Below are positions 13,003-25,874 of a DNA stretch of 64,000 nt, in pieces; positions within the stretch are counted from its first letter, which is position 1; every line of letters begins with the position of its first letter. The notes under the pieces are model-generated. The model was not told the origin of the DNA and searched no databases. It worked only from the letters and a program-made list of their open reading frames with translations. The position numbers and the translations under genes are program-made. Source of the stretch: Phoronis australis (Eukaryota > Animalia > Phoronida); assembly GCA_002633005.1 (NCBI GenBank), contig NMRA01000063.1, forward strand, positions 996,229-1,060,228, given 5' to 3'.

Positions 13003-15253
13003 CTATTGATTTCCGGCCATTTGGTCTTAGTGTATCATAAGACACAGCCACGGTGTCTCTGTCACAAAACTCAGGAAGGGTTCTTGAGGTTATGTCCTTG
13101 GATACCATAATGGCAGCCCTGGGCTTAATTTTGTTACTCAGTGAAGCAGTAAAAGATTTAGCATTCCTAGGAGTGTTCATCATCGCGCTTCACCGACTGC
13201 ACGGCTCTTGTACGAAGGCCATGAATAGGGTATTGCGCGCAAGCGTTCGGTCTTCAGTTACCTTGCAGAAGAATTTTTGACGATTTTACGGTCGAAAAAC
13301 ACATTTTTGAACTTTTTGTTCGTTGAGATAAACTTCATGAGGTTAGAGGTACAAAAGAAAGAAATTGTTATTTTTTAAAATTTTATTGCAAATTCTCAAT
13401 CTCTCGCCAGGGTCAGTAATTCGCTGACAGGTGACTTATCAGTAAAAGGTGCATCTCATACTGTTTAGCTAGATAAAACGCAAATCGAATTAGGACTTTT
13501 ATTCTCTTCAATTGACCTCGCAAGCTATTTCCGTTGTCAACGAAGGCGTCAAAACCATCAGTGACTCACGAAAACGCTTTACATTTCATTTTGTATTCCG
13601 TATGTACGTGAGTTGAATTGTTAACGGGGAAATCAAGCCCTGCTCACGGCAAAGCATATTGTGAGTAAAATACATAATTTGATTTTCGCTTTTAGCCAGC
13701 TAGGACGAAATTCACATTTTAATACATCAATGCGCATGCTTGGTCGAAAGTTTATTGATCACATCCCACCACTTGTACACGCCCTCAAAGCATTGTATTT
13801 GTTTGGGCTTAGCCACGGGAACGGGCTTCCCTTGATTCTGTTAACTTCGATCACTGCCCGTTTTCATAAATTGCAACTATTCAAATCAAAGGTGGTCGCC
13901 ATCACTACGTAACAGCAAACTGAAAGTTATTTTTTCCAAATTTCAACCAATGGGAATGCCTTAATGTTATGGCGTCGGTTTCATTATTTTAACCAACGAG
14001 AAGCCATGATAAACAACATTGCGCAGTCTTACTTTTTGTAGCACTGTGAAAGAGTGTACCCCGAGACTAGCCGTGAGAGTTTGCACTGTGAATTTCCGGC
14101 AGTCTGCTCGACTGAGTTTTGATCGAATGTGGCAATTATCAAATCAAGCCTAATTTCATTTTTTCATCTTCGCTTTGAAATTTTTGTTCATCAACCGAGA
14201 CTCGTGAGCTACGGTTCTAGACAACCAGCGACTTCCCGGCAAAATTAGTCAACAAACCAGACAGTTTCATTGGTCATTCTTTATGACATAACGACTCGTG
14301 GCCCTGGCTGGATACCGGCGATATTGTGCCTTCCCATATCTTTTCATCTCCAGTCTAAAAACAAACCTACTGTACCAAACTACATGCTAGGAGTTTTTCG
14401 ACAAGACATATTTGGGTGTTAAAATATGTTACAGTATTTTACAGAAAGAAGTGACTTTTGGTTTCTGAGTGTTTGTTCAGCAATTATAAATAAAAAATTT
14501 AGGCCATACTAACAAGTGTGTTTAGGTAACCTTCAAAAATCTACTCGTATTTGCGTAGCTAAATGTATTTGTTTGTTTTCAATTGTTTCTATAGCAATTC
14601 ATTGGTGCAATATTTACCTGTCGCTCAAATACTTGTTTGTTAATTCGACGTCTGAGAAGTGAATGTTATCTACAATATTTACCTATGCCAGTGAATTAAA
14701 ATTTAAAAAATGTAAAGCTTATCGTATCAAAAATCCAATTCAATACTTGTGTTGCTGACATCGTACATTGTACTTGCCAACAGCGCGATAAAGCACTATT
14801 TTCCCATTCGATTAAAAAGAAAAAACGAGACTTTTCATGTGTTCTTGAAAACCGGCAATTTTGAGGCACCCGCTTATTCGACTTGAAAAACAAAAATGTC
14901 CAGACTTTTCTTTGTGTTTTACAAATATAAACAGTGCAAAGACATTTGCTGAAAACAGGGAAACGTTTGTGAGCTCACTCAATCAGCAGCGGTTTGATAC
15001 AAATTTAATACCAAGGTAAAACCAGGGTGAGTAAGTCTCTGCCATCATTAGCCAGAGAGGTATCATACCTCAAGCGCCTCAACGAACTTACTTAAGAATC
15101 ATTCTAGCCTCAATAGCTAGTTGTACAGTGTGTCTAACTTAAGTAGGTACATTTTGGCTGCAGTGAGAGATCAATGCAGGCAAGTGTCACCTCAGTTGAT
15201 GCATGACGACAAGAATCTTGTGTTTGATAACCATTTTCCCCTTTTAAACTTAC

Positions 15254-15484
15254 TCTGAAGTTGTCGTTCTGGAAGCCGAAGATAACCGGGTTGATGATGC
15301 ACGATCCCAATGCCAGAAGATGTACTGAGACCTCAAACCAGAGCTTAAAGTCCAACATCCAGTGGTAATTGTCATCATTTACATCCAGAAGGTGGGGCGC
15401 GAAGTGCATTACGAACTTGTACACCTCAAGGGGAAACCAACACAGCGTGAAGCAGGACACGAGGGCTATCAGCATTTTGATAAT
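15254..15484 (-). CDS. GPCR coding exon 3 (TM6-TM7, start of helix 8)
   Basis: Acceptor tttcag|ATT gives IIKMLIALVSCFTLCWFP (CWxP motif). TM7 INPVIFGFQNDNFR. Donor AGA|gtaagt. Confidence 0.9.
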
Positions 15485-15934
15485 CTGAAATAATCATGGT
15501 CGTTGTGTAATTCAGCTAATAAACTATCTCAAGTCGCACAAATTCAATTCATGTCATGTACGACGAAAATAACTAGTAATTCAAAATTCAATCCGATTTG
15601 TATATCGTATTCGGTATAGTCTAGTGATTGCCGATTCCTTCACATTTGTTAATTGGTTCTTAATCGATTATTGAAATTCTTAGTCGGTTCTTAAAATGCT
15701 ATGTGTGCGATTGATTCGTAGTCGTAGCTGAAACAGGACAATACAACGAAATGTGAGCATCGGTGACCATTGTGAGCTGCAACCCACCGTCTATCACAAA
15801 AATAAACGTTTTTAAACCATTTACAGCTCTGAAATTGGTAAAAAATTGTATCTTAGTGGATTTAGGGGTGATTTCTCACCAGAACTGGCAACTTGTTGTA
15901 CTTAGCTCGAAACTGCTGCACATGAAAAGTTATC

Positions 15935-16540
15935 TTGGCATGTCAAGCTATGCGCACAAGTGGCGTCATTATGGCATGTCAAGTTTGGCGCACACGTAGC
16001 GTTATGATGACGTGTCGAAGTTATGAGCGCACATAGCATTATCATGACATGACAAGTTATGCGCACACGTAGCGTTATCATGACATGTCAAGTTATGCGC
16101 ACAAGTAACGTTATCATGATATGTCAAGTTTTGCGCACATAGCGTTATCATGGCATGTCAAGTCATGCGCACAAGTAACGTTATCATAACATGTCAACTT
16201 ATGCGCACAAGTAATGTTATCTTGGTAAGTCAAGTTATGCGCACACATAGCGTTATCATGACATGTCATGTTATGCGTACACGTAGCATTACAATGGCAT
16301 GTCAAGTTATGCGCACACGTAGCGTTATCATGACATGTCAAGTTATGCCTACAAGCAACGTTATCATGACATGTCAAGTTATGCGCACAAGTGGTGTTAT
16401 CATGACATGTCAAGTTATGCTGGAGCACACGTAGCGTACGTTATCAAGGCATGTCTTGTTATGCGCACACGGAGCATTATCATGGCATATCAAGTTACGT
16501 AACACGTAGCGTTATCAAGGCATGCCAAGTTATGTGCGTA
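15935..16540. repeat. 36-bp minisatellite (~16 copies) in GPCR intron
   Basis: Unit ATGCGCACACGTAGCGTTATCATGACATGTCAAGTT. Confidence 0.95.
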
Positions 16541-17287
16541 TTATGGTGGCAAGCAATTAAGATTTTGACCAAGCCCAGAAACCAGTTTTCATCTGACTTA
16601 GGAAAGACTTTATGTCAACTTGATATCAGTAAATGGCCGACTTAACTTTTTCTCACATGGGAATGTTCTTAGTTGTCAGAATTTAAGCCGGTGCAAAATT
16701 TCCTCCTCATTCTTAATAAAACATTTATCAAACTGTTTGCTGAGCAATGATTAAATGTGCACCAGAATTTTTCAAAATATTTTTTCCTCTCAGAATTCTA
16801 TAAGCTTGCGCTGTTGTCCAGTGTTGCAAGCACTTGTCTGCTCATTGTAACATTCGTTACATCTAGATAATGTCTCCGTCATCGTTGCACAGTTCCACAG
16901 TCGTAGTGCAGTACAACAGAAGTGACGCGATTTATATTTAAACAATGGATAGCGTTCCGTAGAAACGCAACACTGCACAAGGTCACCAGAGTGAAAGGCG
17001 AGTGATTCGAGAGTGTGTTTGAGGCCTTACTCGGCTAGTAAGTGATTGGTTGGTGAGGTTCAATTGTGCAGTTGTGGGTTATTATGAAGTAGAAATAATT
17101 AATTTCCGTTCCATAAGCGATTGAAATTTCGTCGCAGCTGAACGCTGACTGCCCCGATCAATGTTCAGTTCAAGACCAAGCGCTTTTTAATAGGACAGAA
17201 GAGTTGAAAACATATTGTGTTTAGTCATTCTGGATGCTACATTCTGAGCCATACAAGAATTCACTATTTCGATGCCAAGCAACAAAC

Positions 17288-17630
17288 CTTCTTCTTTGAT
17301 CTCAGCTGCATCAGATCACGGACTTCATCGGCATTTCCCGGTGTCCGTCGGTCGTACAAAGTATAGCAGATGCGGGTGTAAACAAAGGCCAGGATGAGAG
17401 TGGGTCCAGCGAAGGTACAGGCAAAACGCGTGCACCAGTAAACTTCTTTAAACATCTCGCTTGGCCACGCCGTCATACAAGTGACAAGTATGCCAAAACG
17501 TTTGACTGGCTGAGTTACCATGAAGGCTGGTATTGCAAAGCCAAGAGCCAGCAGCCAGAGAAAAAATATGGCTATTATGGCAGCCGTCTTTGACAGTCTT
17601 GGTTTCAGAGGATGAAGAATTGCCCAGTAT
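17288..17630 (-). CDS. GPCR coding exon 2 (DRY to TM5/ICL3)
   Basis: Acceptor ttgcag|A completes the Arg codon, giving DRYWAILHPL. TM4 FLWLLALGFAIP, ECL2 Cys (TCMTAWP), TM5 FAGPTLILAFVYTRI. Donor AAG|gtttgt, phase 0. Confidence 0.92.
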
Positions 17631-18317
17631 CTGCAACGTAAGGCTTGAGTTGAGGAAAATGTGTAAGGAAAGGCTTTCCCAAACGTTACTATCTGGACTT
17701 GACTCATTTGATGAAGACACGTGATATTGATTTTGTCCAAATATTATGATCTACTTCAAAATGCATCGAAACATCGATTCCTTAACTTTTTTTACACAAG
17801 CAAACTTATGAAAACTTTTGTCCCTTTGATAATAATGGACTCTCAATTCGCCATTCTAAATACGCTATTGTTTACTTCAGGTTGACAAAAAATCATCTAC
17901 GGAAGTTGCTGTTTGAGAGAAGATTGATATCACTGATCAAGAATCAATTCTACTGAATATCAATCTGAATCAAAATTCATTGAAACATACTTTTCTTACA
18001 GGATTTGTTTGCATTTGTCAAAATCATTTTACGAATCAGGACTTCTAGTCATTTTGGTAAATATGTAAACCAGAAAGCAAGGCACCTTTAACTTCATGTG
18101 TCATCGGAACGTGGCAGTTTTCTACATGTTGAGTTGAAAGATTTTTCTTTAAAATCCCCATTTTTTATTAAGAAAGCAATCCTTCAGTGTTTGCAGCAGA
18201 CATGCGCATAAATGTCCTGCCCGGGAAGACTCATAAGGCCTCCTCCAAAAAATTTTCGGTATTTATGCGTGTTAAAATGAATTTTGGTGCATTCCAGTGG
18301 CAGCTTGTTACAGATTT

Positions 18318-18323
18318 TGTGTG

Positions 18324-18372
<49 letters not shown>
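18318..18372. repeat. (GT)n microsatellite
   Basis: Direct reading. Confidence 0.98.
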
Positions 18373-18376
<4 letters not shown>

Positions 18377-20238
18377 AAAATAACAATAATGAATCAACTG
18401 AAATTTTCGGATAATAATCACTTAATTTGTCAACTGAATCAGAAATTTCAGTTGATCCATTATTGTTGCTTTATTTACATATTTATATTCCTCGCTATTT
18501 TAAGCGAATACAGAGAGATTCGCGTCGCTTTAAACGCGTAACCTGTGGCCTCTTTTTAATTCTTATTTGGTAAGACATTGAAATTATCTTTAATTTGATA
18601 GGGTTTTGTTTTTGCTTCAGTTTAAAATGAACACGATTCTTTTGTCTATAAATGTTCTTAAAGTTTATTTGCAGCACGCACCCTTTCCAAAATCCTTATT
18701 CTGCCTGGGTTCGCTGGATATCATCGAACTAGAATGGATTTTTAACAGATATGATTTTGTGCTGTTAATTTTTTACATTCTTAATTTACATGCATCTATT
18801 AATTTTAAACTGCCAAAAAAATTCGCACACTAAGAGTTGACCATTTATCGCAGGAGTTCATAGAAACGACTTTTTTAACATAAAAGAAGTTGCATTGGCA
18901 GAGTGATTTAATTTTTTTTTGGAAACTTGGTCTATAATAACTGGACACCCTGAGCGCAGTTATTTATTTCACGTTTACTTATACGTTTATGTAAACATTT
19001 AGCTGCTGCGAAACCCATTTTTGTTACTGTAACGTGAATCGGCACGCGCAAGTAAGTATGCGTCATAATTCACGTTCACGTCGTTTTGCGACACTTCTCT
19101 ATTTGATACGACGTTCTCGTATGTTTGTTTTTTGGTGACACGTCTTAATTCGAGATCTTCGATACTTGTAGAGTAGTGCATCTCTTGATGCTTATTGATA
19201 CTCTTATAATAATAATTGTGGTCAGATTTTTTTGAACGTTTGGACATTCTATCTTGTGCGCGTGAACAGTTGACACAATGAAGTTCTTTGTTTAATCTTA
19301 TTTATTTTCCTTCCATATATTTCGCTGTTAATGTGCCCTGTGTAAATATTTCCGTTGCATGATGCGCTGCCCTTTTTGTGCACTAACTTTACCCATTGTT
19401 TGCTCGAATATGACCCCCTGCCTGCACTCTCTTAATACATGTACGACTATGCTGTTATGACGTTGTAAAATTAAGAGATTGAAAAGTTGTTCATTATCTA
19501 CTAATAATGACGCAGTAAAAACAATTGGTATGTTCTTTTGATAGCTTTCGAGATGACATCCATTATTGGAATAACGCTTGCGCCGTCACCATATGTCCAT
19601 TCCGCGTGATGACTTAACTTCAACAATTGCAGGTTTGCAATGCTTCCCCCACACGACTGGATCTCATCTCTTCCAGCGAAAACTATAAAGACCACCTGAT
19701 ATTAAAATTATTGTTTTCAATCGTAGACCTTTTTTACCTCAAAAATAATAGTCAATTAAATCTTATGTAAGCTAGCCTCTAATGTAAGTTCAGTAACGTT
19801 CGTAAATTTTTATAGAAACGAATATTAGAAGTGTAACATGTGAGAGTTTTAAGACAGATGGCTATTGTTTTTAAAGCACCAATTATCATCTGTGTACAGT
19901 AATGCTATTAACAACTGACTCCACGGCACTGTCGACACAAAAAGTGAGTGCGTGAAGGTTGTGGGCCGGTGATGAGATCACTAGAGTAACAAGGTAGATG
20001 GATTCATGCCTATCGAGCTTTAGTTTGTTTTATTTTGTTTTGTCTTCACTATGTCGTTCATTGTACTGTTTACACTCTTAATCGACGTATAGTGTCCGTT
20101 CGACCAAAATCTAGGACACTAAATGCACTCTTGATAAAAGTTTCTCAAGATAATCCACGAGCCAAGTAAGCCACGCTTCTTCAATATTTACAACTCATGA
20201 ATTGCACTTTTGCCTCTAAACGTTTACCAGAGCCTTAC

Positions 20239-20639
20239 CTGTCTATTCCAATAGCCACGTTAGTGAAAGCACTCAGTCCAACGAACCATATCTGAAGTCC
20301 TCCATCAATTGTACAAAACACGCCTCCAAATATCCATCTCCTGAAAACTTGACGACAAAACTTAAACGGAAAGAAAGAAAGAGCCATTCCAAAATCAGCC
20401 ACGGCGAGATTTATAAGAAATACGGTAAGATCAGAACGCGTTCGTGAAATGCAACCCAGGACGATGATAACAAAAACGTTCAAAACAACCGCCATTAGAA
20501 AAGTTATGGAGTACAACAGTCCAACTGATATTTTGAATCTGAGTGGCCACTCTAAGTTTTCTGGAGTCAGGATGCCTGCCAAGTTATCAATTGACTCGAA
20601 TGAGTCGTTCCAAATAGTCAAGTTCTTTGAATAGTCCAT
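20239..20639 (-). CDS. Rhodopsin-family (class A) neuropeptide-receptor-like GPCR, first coding exon (N-terminus, TM1-TM3)
   Basis: ATG at 20639. MDYSKNLTIWNDS carries N-glycosylation sequons. TM1 ...VVLNVFV, TM2 FLINLAVADF, ECL1 WIFGGVFC, TM3 ends GIDR. GT donor at 20238 (AG|gtaagg, phase 2). An upstream acceptor near 20675 implies a 5' UTR exon. Confidence 0.92.
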
Positions 20640-21550
20640 GATTTGATCCCAACACGTCAACAGTCAGGAAAGTCCTGAAAATTCTAAACCTCAGAAGTCG
20701 CATTTATACGCGGAAAAGGTGGCCTTAACGGTGGACTTGTTTCCCGGGGGTTTACTTCAGTTGTGTGTAGACGGTATACGATTATGTTGAACATCACATG
20801 CGTTTTATACCTGCGCACGGTAGACGTATTTTAATACAAGTAGGTGTTTGTCATTTCCGCAAACGTCAGATAGACAACGTCACTGATTTTTTACATGAAT
20901 GTGAAATTACATGCGCTACTTGCTATACAACGTTTCCATGTGAACTGTGAATTTCACGAACTTGAAGTAAGAGTTTTAATACCGATGTTTACGTTTCAAG
21001 TTATCACAGACGAGTAATTTTAACTGTGTGGAGACTTGATTTTTATAATCTAATTCATAACACGAAGAAAAATGATTTGGAGCAGTGATATCCCTTACAA
21101 TCTTAGTTCATAGATGCTTTTGCCGATAATTAATAACAATGTGTAACCATTCAACATAATCCTCACATGTGCACAAATGCATTCGTTGGTCAAACGAACA
21201 AGCAACTGGATTTGCAAATAAATGTGCGTTAATTTTCAAGCTCATCACTCACTTCATGGTTGTAATGTCGGAATTGTCGTTCTAATAACTCTCGAGCAGA
21301 CAATAATGTAGCCCTGGGATGCTCATGGGTTCACTCAACGGTGAAAAACAGGAACTCCATTTAGATAAAATATTGCACAGTATTACTGTTTTGAGCACTG
21401 TTGAGATTGCACAGTATATATCTGAGACGTAGTGATAGCATCAAGCATACAATATTCCCATATACTCTAAGTTTAGGTATATGTTGGCATTATATTTTCT
21501 TTTAAGCAAGTGCTCTTAGACACTATAAAAAGGCCAACGCGGATGCAAAG

Positions 21551-21755
21551 CCTTCTCACAGCCCTCTCATTCACTAGGAATGACACAGGCTCTTGTACAT
21601 GCAGACGACGATGTAAGGTGGCTTCCCACAGCCCTCTCACTCACTAGGAAAGACACACGCTCTTGTACATGCAGAAGCCGATGTAACGTGGCTTCCCACA
21701 GCCCTCTCACTCACTAGGAAAGACACGCTCTTGTACAGGCAGAAGACGATGTAGC
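21551..21755. repeat. 70-bp tandem repeat x3
   Basis: Units start at ~21551, 21621 and 21691 (CACAGCCCTCTCA.TCACTAGGAA...GCTCTTGTACA). Confidence 0.92.
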
Positions 21756-22809
21756 GTTAAATACCACTTGCTTCAAATACTTTAAATCAAAATGAATGGG
21801 TTTTCGAGGAACACAAGGCCCAGATAAAATACTTTACTTTATTATTTGATAACGAACACGTACAGAAAGGACACAACGTATACGTGCACTGTAATGCTCT
21901 GATATTTTGTCTTGAGTAAAATGAAAATAACGCATTAACTGAGTGTCAAACTGTTTTTTTTCTTTCAATCACAAGAAAACATTGCAGTGTTAATTTCTGA
22001 ACATCTCAAAAATAATTTAAGTTTTATGTAATTGTTCGATTCCTCGTTGGTAAGGAACAGAATGATGAAGTTTAATTGTTGGTTCACAACGAACAAATAA
22101 AAGTTCTCACAGTTCTCCCCATAACTGCTCCTCGACAGTTTCGCTGTAAGTATTGAGCCGAACCCACCGAAATGTTTGTTGTAAGGCCAAGACTACATGT
22201 GATGCATAACAAATTAACACCAGACCAGGACATTGACACAGAGTGGATAAAGCAGGCAAATGTTAACGCACGTTATGTCATTTTCCATCCAATTGTGCAC
22301 TGTGCTAAGGCCATCATTACCACATGTAAAGGCAACATTGGCATACTAAAGCGAAATGTTGCAACTTGTCCGTCGCCGGCACGCTAATGGTCAAGAGGTC
22401 AGTGAACCGCTCATTCGGGAAAAGTACAGTTACTATGTAAGGGAATCATTATGACGGTTTCTAAAGTACTCGCGAACTATTGACTATCTACTAATATTAT
22501 TCCGGAAGAGAATTTGAAAACAAAGCGATGTTCAGTGGGAGAGAGTAGGAATGTTTTTATTTGGGTAATCAAACATCGATTAGGGTAAGAATTGTCTAGA
22601 AGCAAAAAAAATATCTTTTTAAAATAATGTAATTGCTTATTTTGCACGTTTGATGCCTATCAAACTCTTAAAAAATTAGCAAATCGGGAGTAATGACGTC
22701 GTGCCCACCGCTAGACTTGTGTCTCCACCACCGTTGCATAAGCCATGTTCGTTGGACTTGTTTCCCGAGCTGTGTATTTTGTGAAGTAAACTCGTTATTT
22801 CTTCTAACA

Positions 22810-22935
22810 ACTGACGCCACGGTACATATACTATCGACAAACACTTCTAACGATTGACGCCACGGTACACATACCATCGGCAAACACTTCTAGCTACTGA
22901 CGCCAGGGTACACATACCATCGGCAAACACTTCTA
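22810..22935. repeat. ~43-bp tandem repeat x3
   Basis: TGACGCCACGGTACA.ATAC.ATCG.CAAACACTTCTA repeated. Confidence 0.9.
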
Positions 22936-23489
22936 ATTGCAACAAGTCGCCGGATTATGCTCTTGTAAAACTGGTGGCCATTTTGTATCCGCCTCATTAA
23001 AAACGAGCACCAGTGTAAAGACAGAAATACAGGTAGGCAGCTTCTTCCAAATTATAATCACTTAATGCTTGCAATTCTTTGATTCTTTTCGAAACGTGAC
23101 TTTTTGTTGTTTTATTATTTCTGGTTAAGTATCAATATTAGACACTATCTGTTTGGTAAAAAGTGAAAGAAAAAAGAAGCACTGTCCGTGATTACATACA
23201 CGGTTGTTTTTCACGACATGGACGGGTCATGTTCCCTATTACGACATGAGTGATAAAAATCAATCAGAGAAAATCTGAAACCTCAACCCGATATTTTTAA
23301 AATGTGAATTATGAAATTGATGAACTTTATGAATACCCGAAAAACAGCATTTTAAGTCCAACCCTTCACTTTCATACTTCCTGAAATTTAATAAAGTGAA
23401 CAAATATTATTGTGTCGCTCCGCGCAACTGCCCTCAGTCAATTAATCTACTTAGGCTGATGAACGCTTGTTTATTCTAATTTTGTGAGA

Positions 23490-23555
23490 TCAGCCTCAGC
23501 GCGGAATCGAACTTGCAACTTCCGCGTATTAACTGGCAAAGTCAGCGGTCAGCAA
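23490..23555 (-). repeat. Possible degenerate tRNA-derived SINE head
   Basis: B-box-like AGTTCGATTCC on the minus strand. No convincing A-box or cloverleaf. Confidence 0.25.
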
Positions 23556-25077
23556 ATATTTAGCAGACAACGGCTAGAATTGACGACTCGTAATAAATTA
23601 CAAAAACACAAAGCATTTTATTGTTTTATAGCTTTGGTCAAATAACAGAAAGTCTATCCCACCAATCAATGATAATAACTTCAGGAAGTTTGTCACATTC
23701 AGCAATAATCCTCAAAATGCGTTTTTTTCGGCAGGCGACCTGATAATGTCCCGATGATGTCCCTTTAAATAATCGGCGGTTCACCGTACTAAGGAGTGTA
23801 GTAGTATTATACTCCATGATCGTACTAAATCTGTAATTCGTTGTTTGTACCTCAAACACAGTACTACAGTAATTTTTGTTTGGCAATTGTTTACTTAGCA
23901 CGCTAACCGTTTCGCACTCAGCGTTGTCACCCAGTCACGCTACAGTTTTTCCATCAACGCCATAAAAATCCTATGGTTTCTGATAAAATAGTGGGAATGT
24001 TTAAAAACAATTCCTGGAATCCTATTGAAGATCACTGCATAAAGCATAGTACCTGAAAGTCTCATATGAATCCGATCAGCCACTTTTGGGGTATGATGTT
24101 CCGAAATTAGTCAAATTAGATTTTTTGTGACTCCACAAGTAAGTTCAATTTCTCTTGCAATAGTTAAACAAAGAGTGAATGGCATACTTGATTATTATTT
24201 GATGTTATGCAATTAGCTCCTCTGACGTAGCATGCTTGGATTTGGTGGAAACATGGTCATGTGCAACACCACCATCCGTCGTCTGATGGCGCTGGCACCT
24301 TATCACTCCTGCGCAAGCCGGCCCTCCGCCGGAGACACTCGAAATAATTGATGAAAGTTTCGAGGATGCGGGCATTCGACTGACAAAGGCGACGGAGGCG
24401 TCATAACGCCAGATGTTTAAAGTAATTTATTCCCGGTGAACCCGTGATTCCCATGAAAAAGGTGGCGAAACTCGGGAAGACGAGAGATATCAGAAAAGAC
24501 CGATGACAGCTCGGAAAGACGCGAATGGTGCAGGTCGCACTGGCTGCCCAGCTGCAGTTTCTGTGAGGAAACACCTAATATATTTGCTATGACACATGAT
24601 ACGAGAGAATTCCTCGTGGACTCATCGAGAGGAGGGGCGAAATATGAGTGCACAAGACGGATAATCAAGACTTCTCGAATGTAAAGGAGTAAGGCAAACG
24701 TTTCAACTAGTACCTGGAAAACCTTAAAGAACGAAAGAGACCTGCGAATTCACCACGGAAAGATAACGTGGTTAGGGTACTTTACAAAGCAGCGCTTGAA
24801 TGCTGCACCCAAGGAGACACAGAAGGGGTCTATCCAGGACACTTAACACTGTGCAAGAAACCTTTTAGCTGAATAGACACCTGAACATGAGTCTTTCGAG
24901 GAAGCTTTCCCAGACTCGGGATTTCAAACAGAATCTCAATGTACCTGTTAGGCAACGAACACATATAGACACGTCTTACCATAAAAATGCAGGCTTCTCC
25001 GGGTACCTGAAGCACAACACAGTCATCTCGGCACTTCCGTACACAAAAAGCGGAGAAAGAGAAATAGAACATGGCCA

Positions 25078-25272
25078 TGGTGTGGTTAGGCCTTGTCTGT
25101 GCATGTGGTTAAACATAGTCTGAGCATGTGGTCAGACCTAGTTTGTGCATGTGGTTAGACCTAGTCTGTGCATGTGGTTAGACCTAGTCTGTGCATATGG
25201 TTAGACCTAGCCTGTGCATATGGTTAGACCTAGCCTGTGCATATGGTTAGACTTAGTCTGTGCATATGGTTC
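25078..25272. repeat. 23-bp tandem repeat (~8 copies)
   Basis: CATRTGGTTAGACCTAGYCTGTG repeated. Confidence 0.92.
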
Positions 25273-25803
25273 GATACCACCTATTCTTATCTATATCGAG
25301 CCATGAACATTTACCACATGCGTTAGAAAGTCCAGAAGTTGACGAAGGAATACTTCTCTTCATGCAGGATGTGTTTAATCTTTACTGGCTTCACAATCAA
25401 GTGGCAAAGGTTAAAGAAAGGTGTAATGACCGGATGCAAAGTCTCTGCCTGTTTATTCATTATGGCTATGAATCTCATTCTTTGAAGAGCTCAACTGGAG
25501 TACAGTTTTCCAATGCTGAATGACAGCATTCAGCCTTCATGTCGGACTTTTGTCGATGACGTAGTGATTTCGGATTCTCTGGTAGGGGCTGGCCAGATAC
25601 TGAGCTGTCTTGTAAGGTTAACAGAGAGGGTCAGATTGAATTTAATGCGAAGAAATCCCGTTCGATCATAATATGGAAAGGCCAGTTTAGGGAGCTTTAG
25701 ACTTATGCTATAGGAGGATCAAGAATTCCTCCGTTGTCAGAGAATCCGGTGAAGTACTTTGAAGGTATTACGACAGTTCCTTTCAAGACGTTCACCAAAC
25801 TAA

Positions 25804-25874
25804 CATGGACGGCGCAGCACTGAAAAATGTGGGGGGCTAAAGCCCCCCCTGCCCCCTATGGTGCGCCGCCCATG
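25804..25874. mobile_element. 71-bp MITE with TIRs and 5-bp TSD
   Basis: CATGGACGGCGCA...TGCGCCGCCCATG, flanked by ACTAA (25799-25803) and ACTAA (25875-25879). Confidence 0.75.

Noticed and set aside
16114-16434. Cys/His-rich repeat protein ORFs
   Set aside because: Product of the 36-bp minisatellite inside an intron; no splice or start context.
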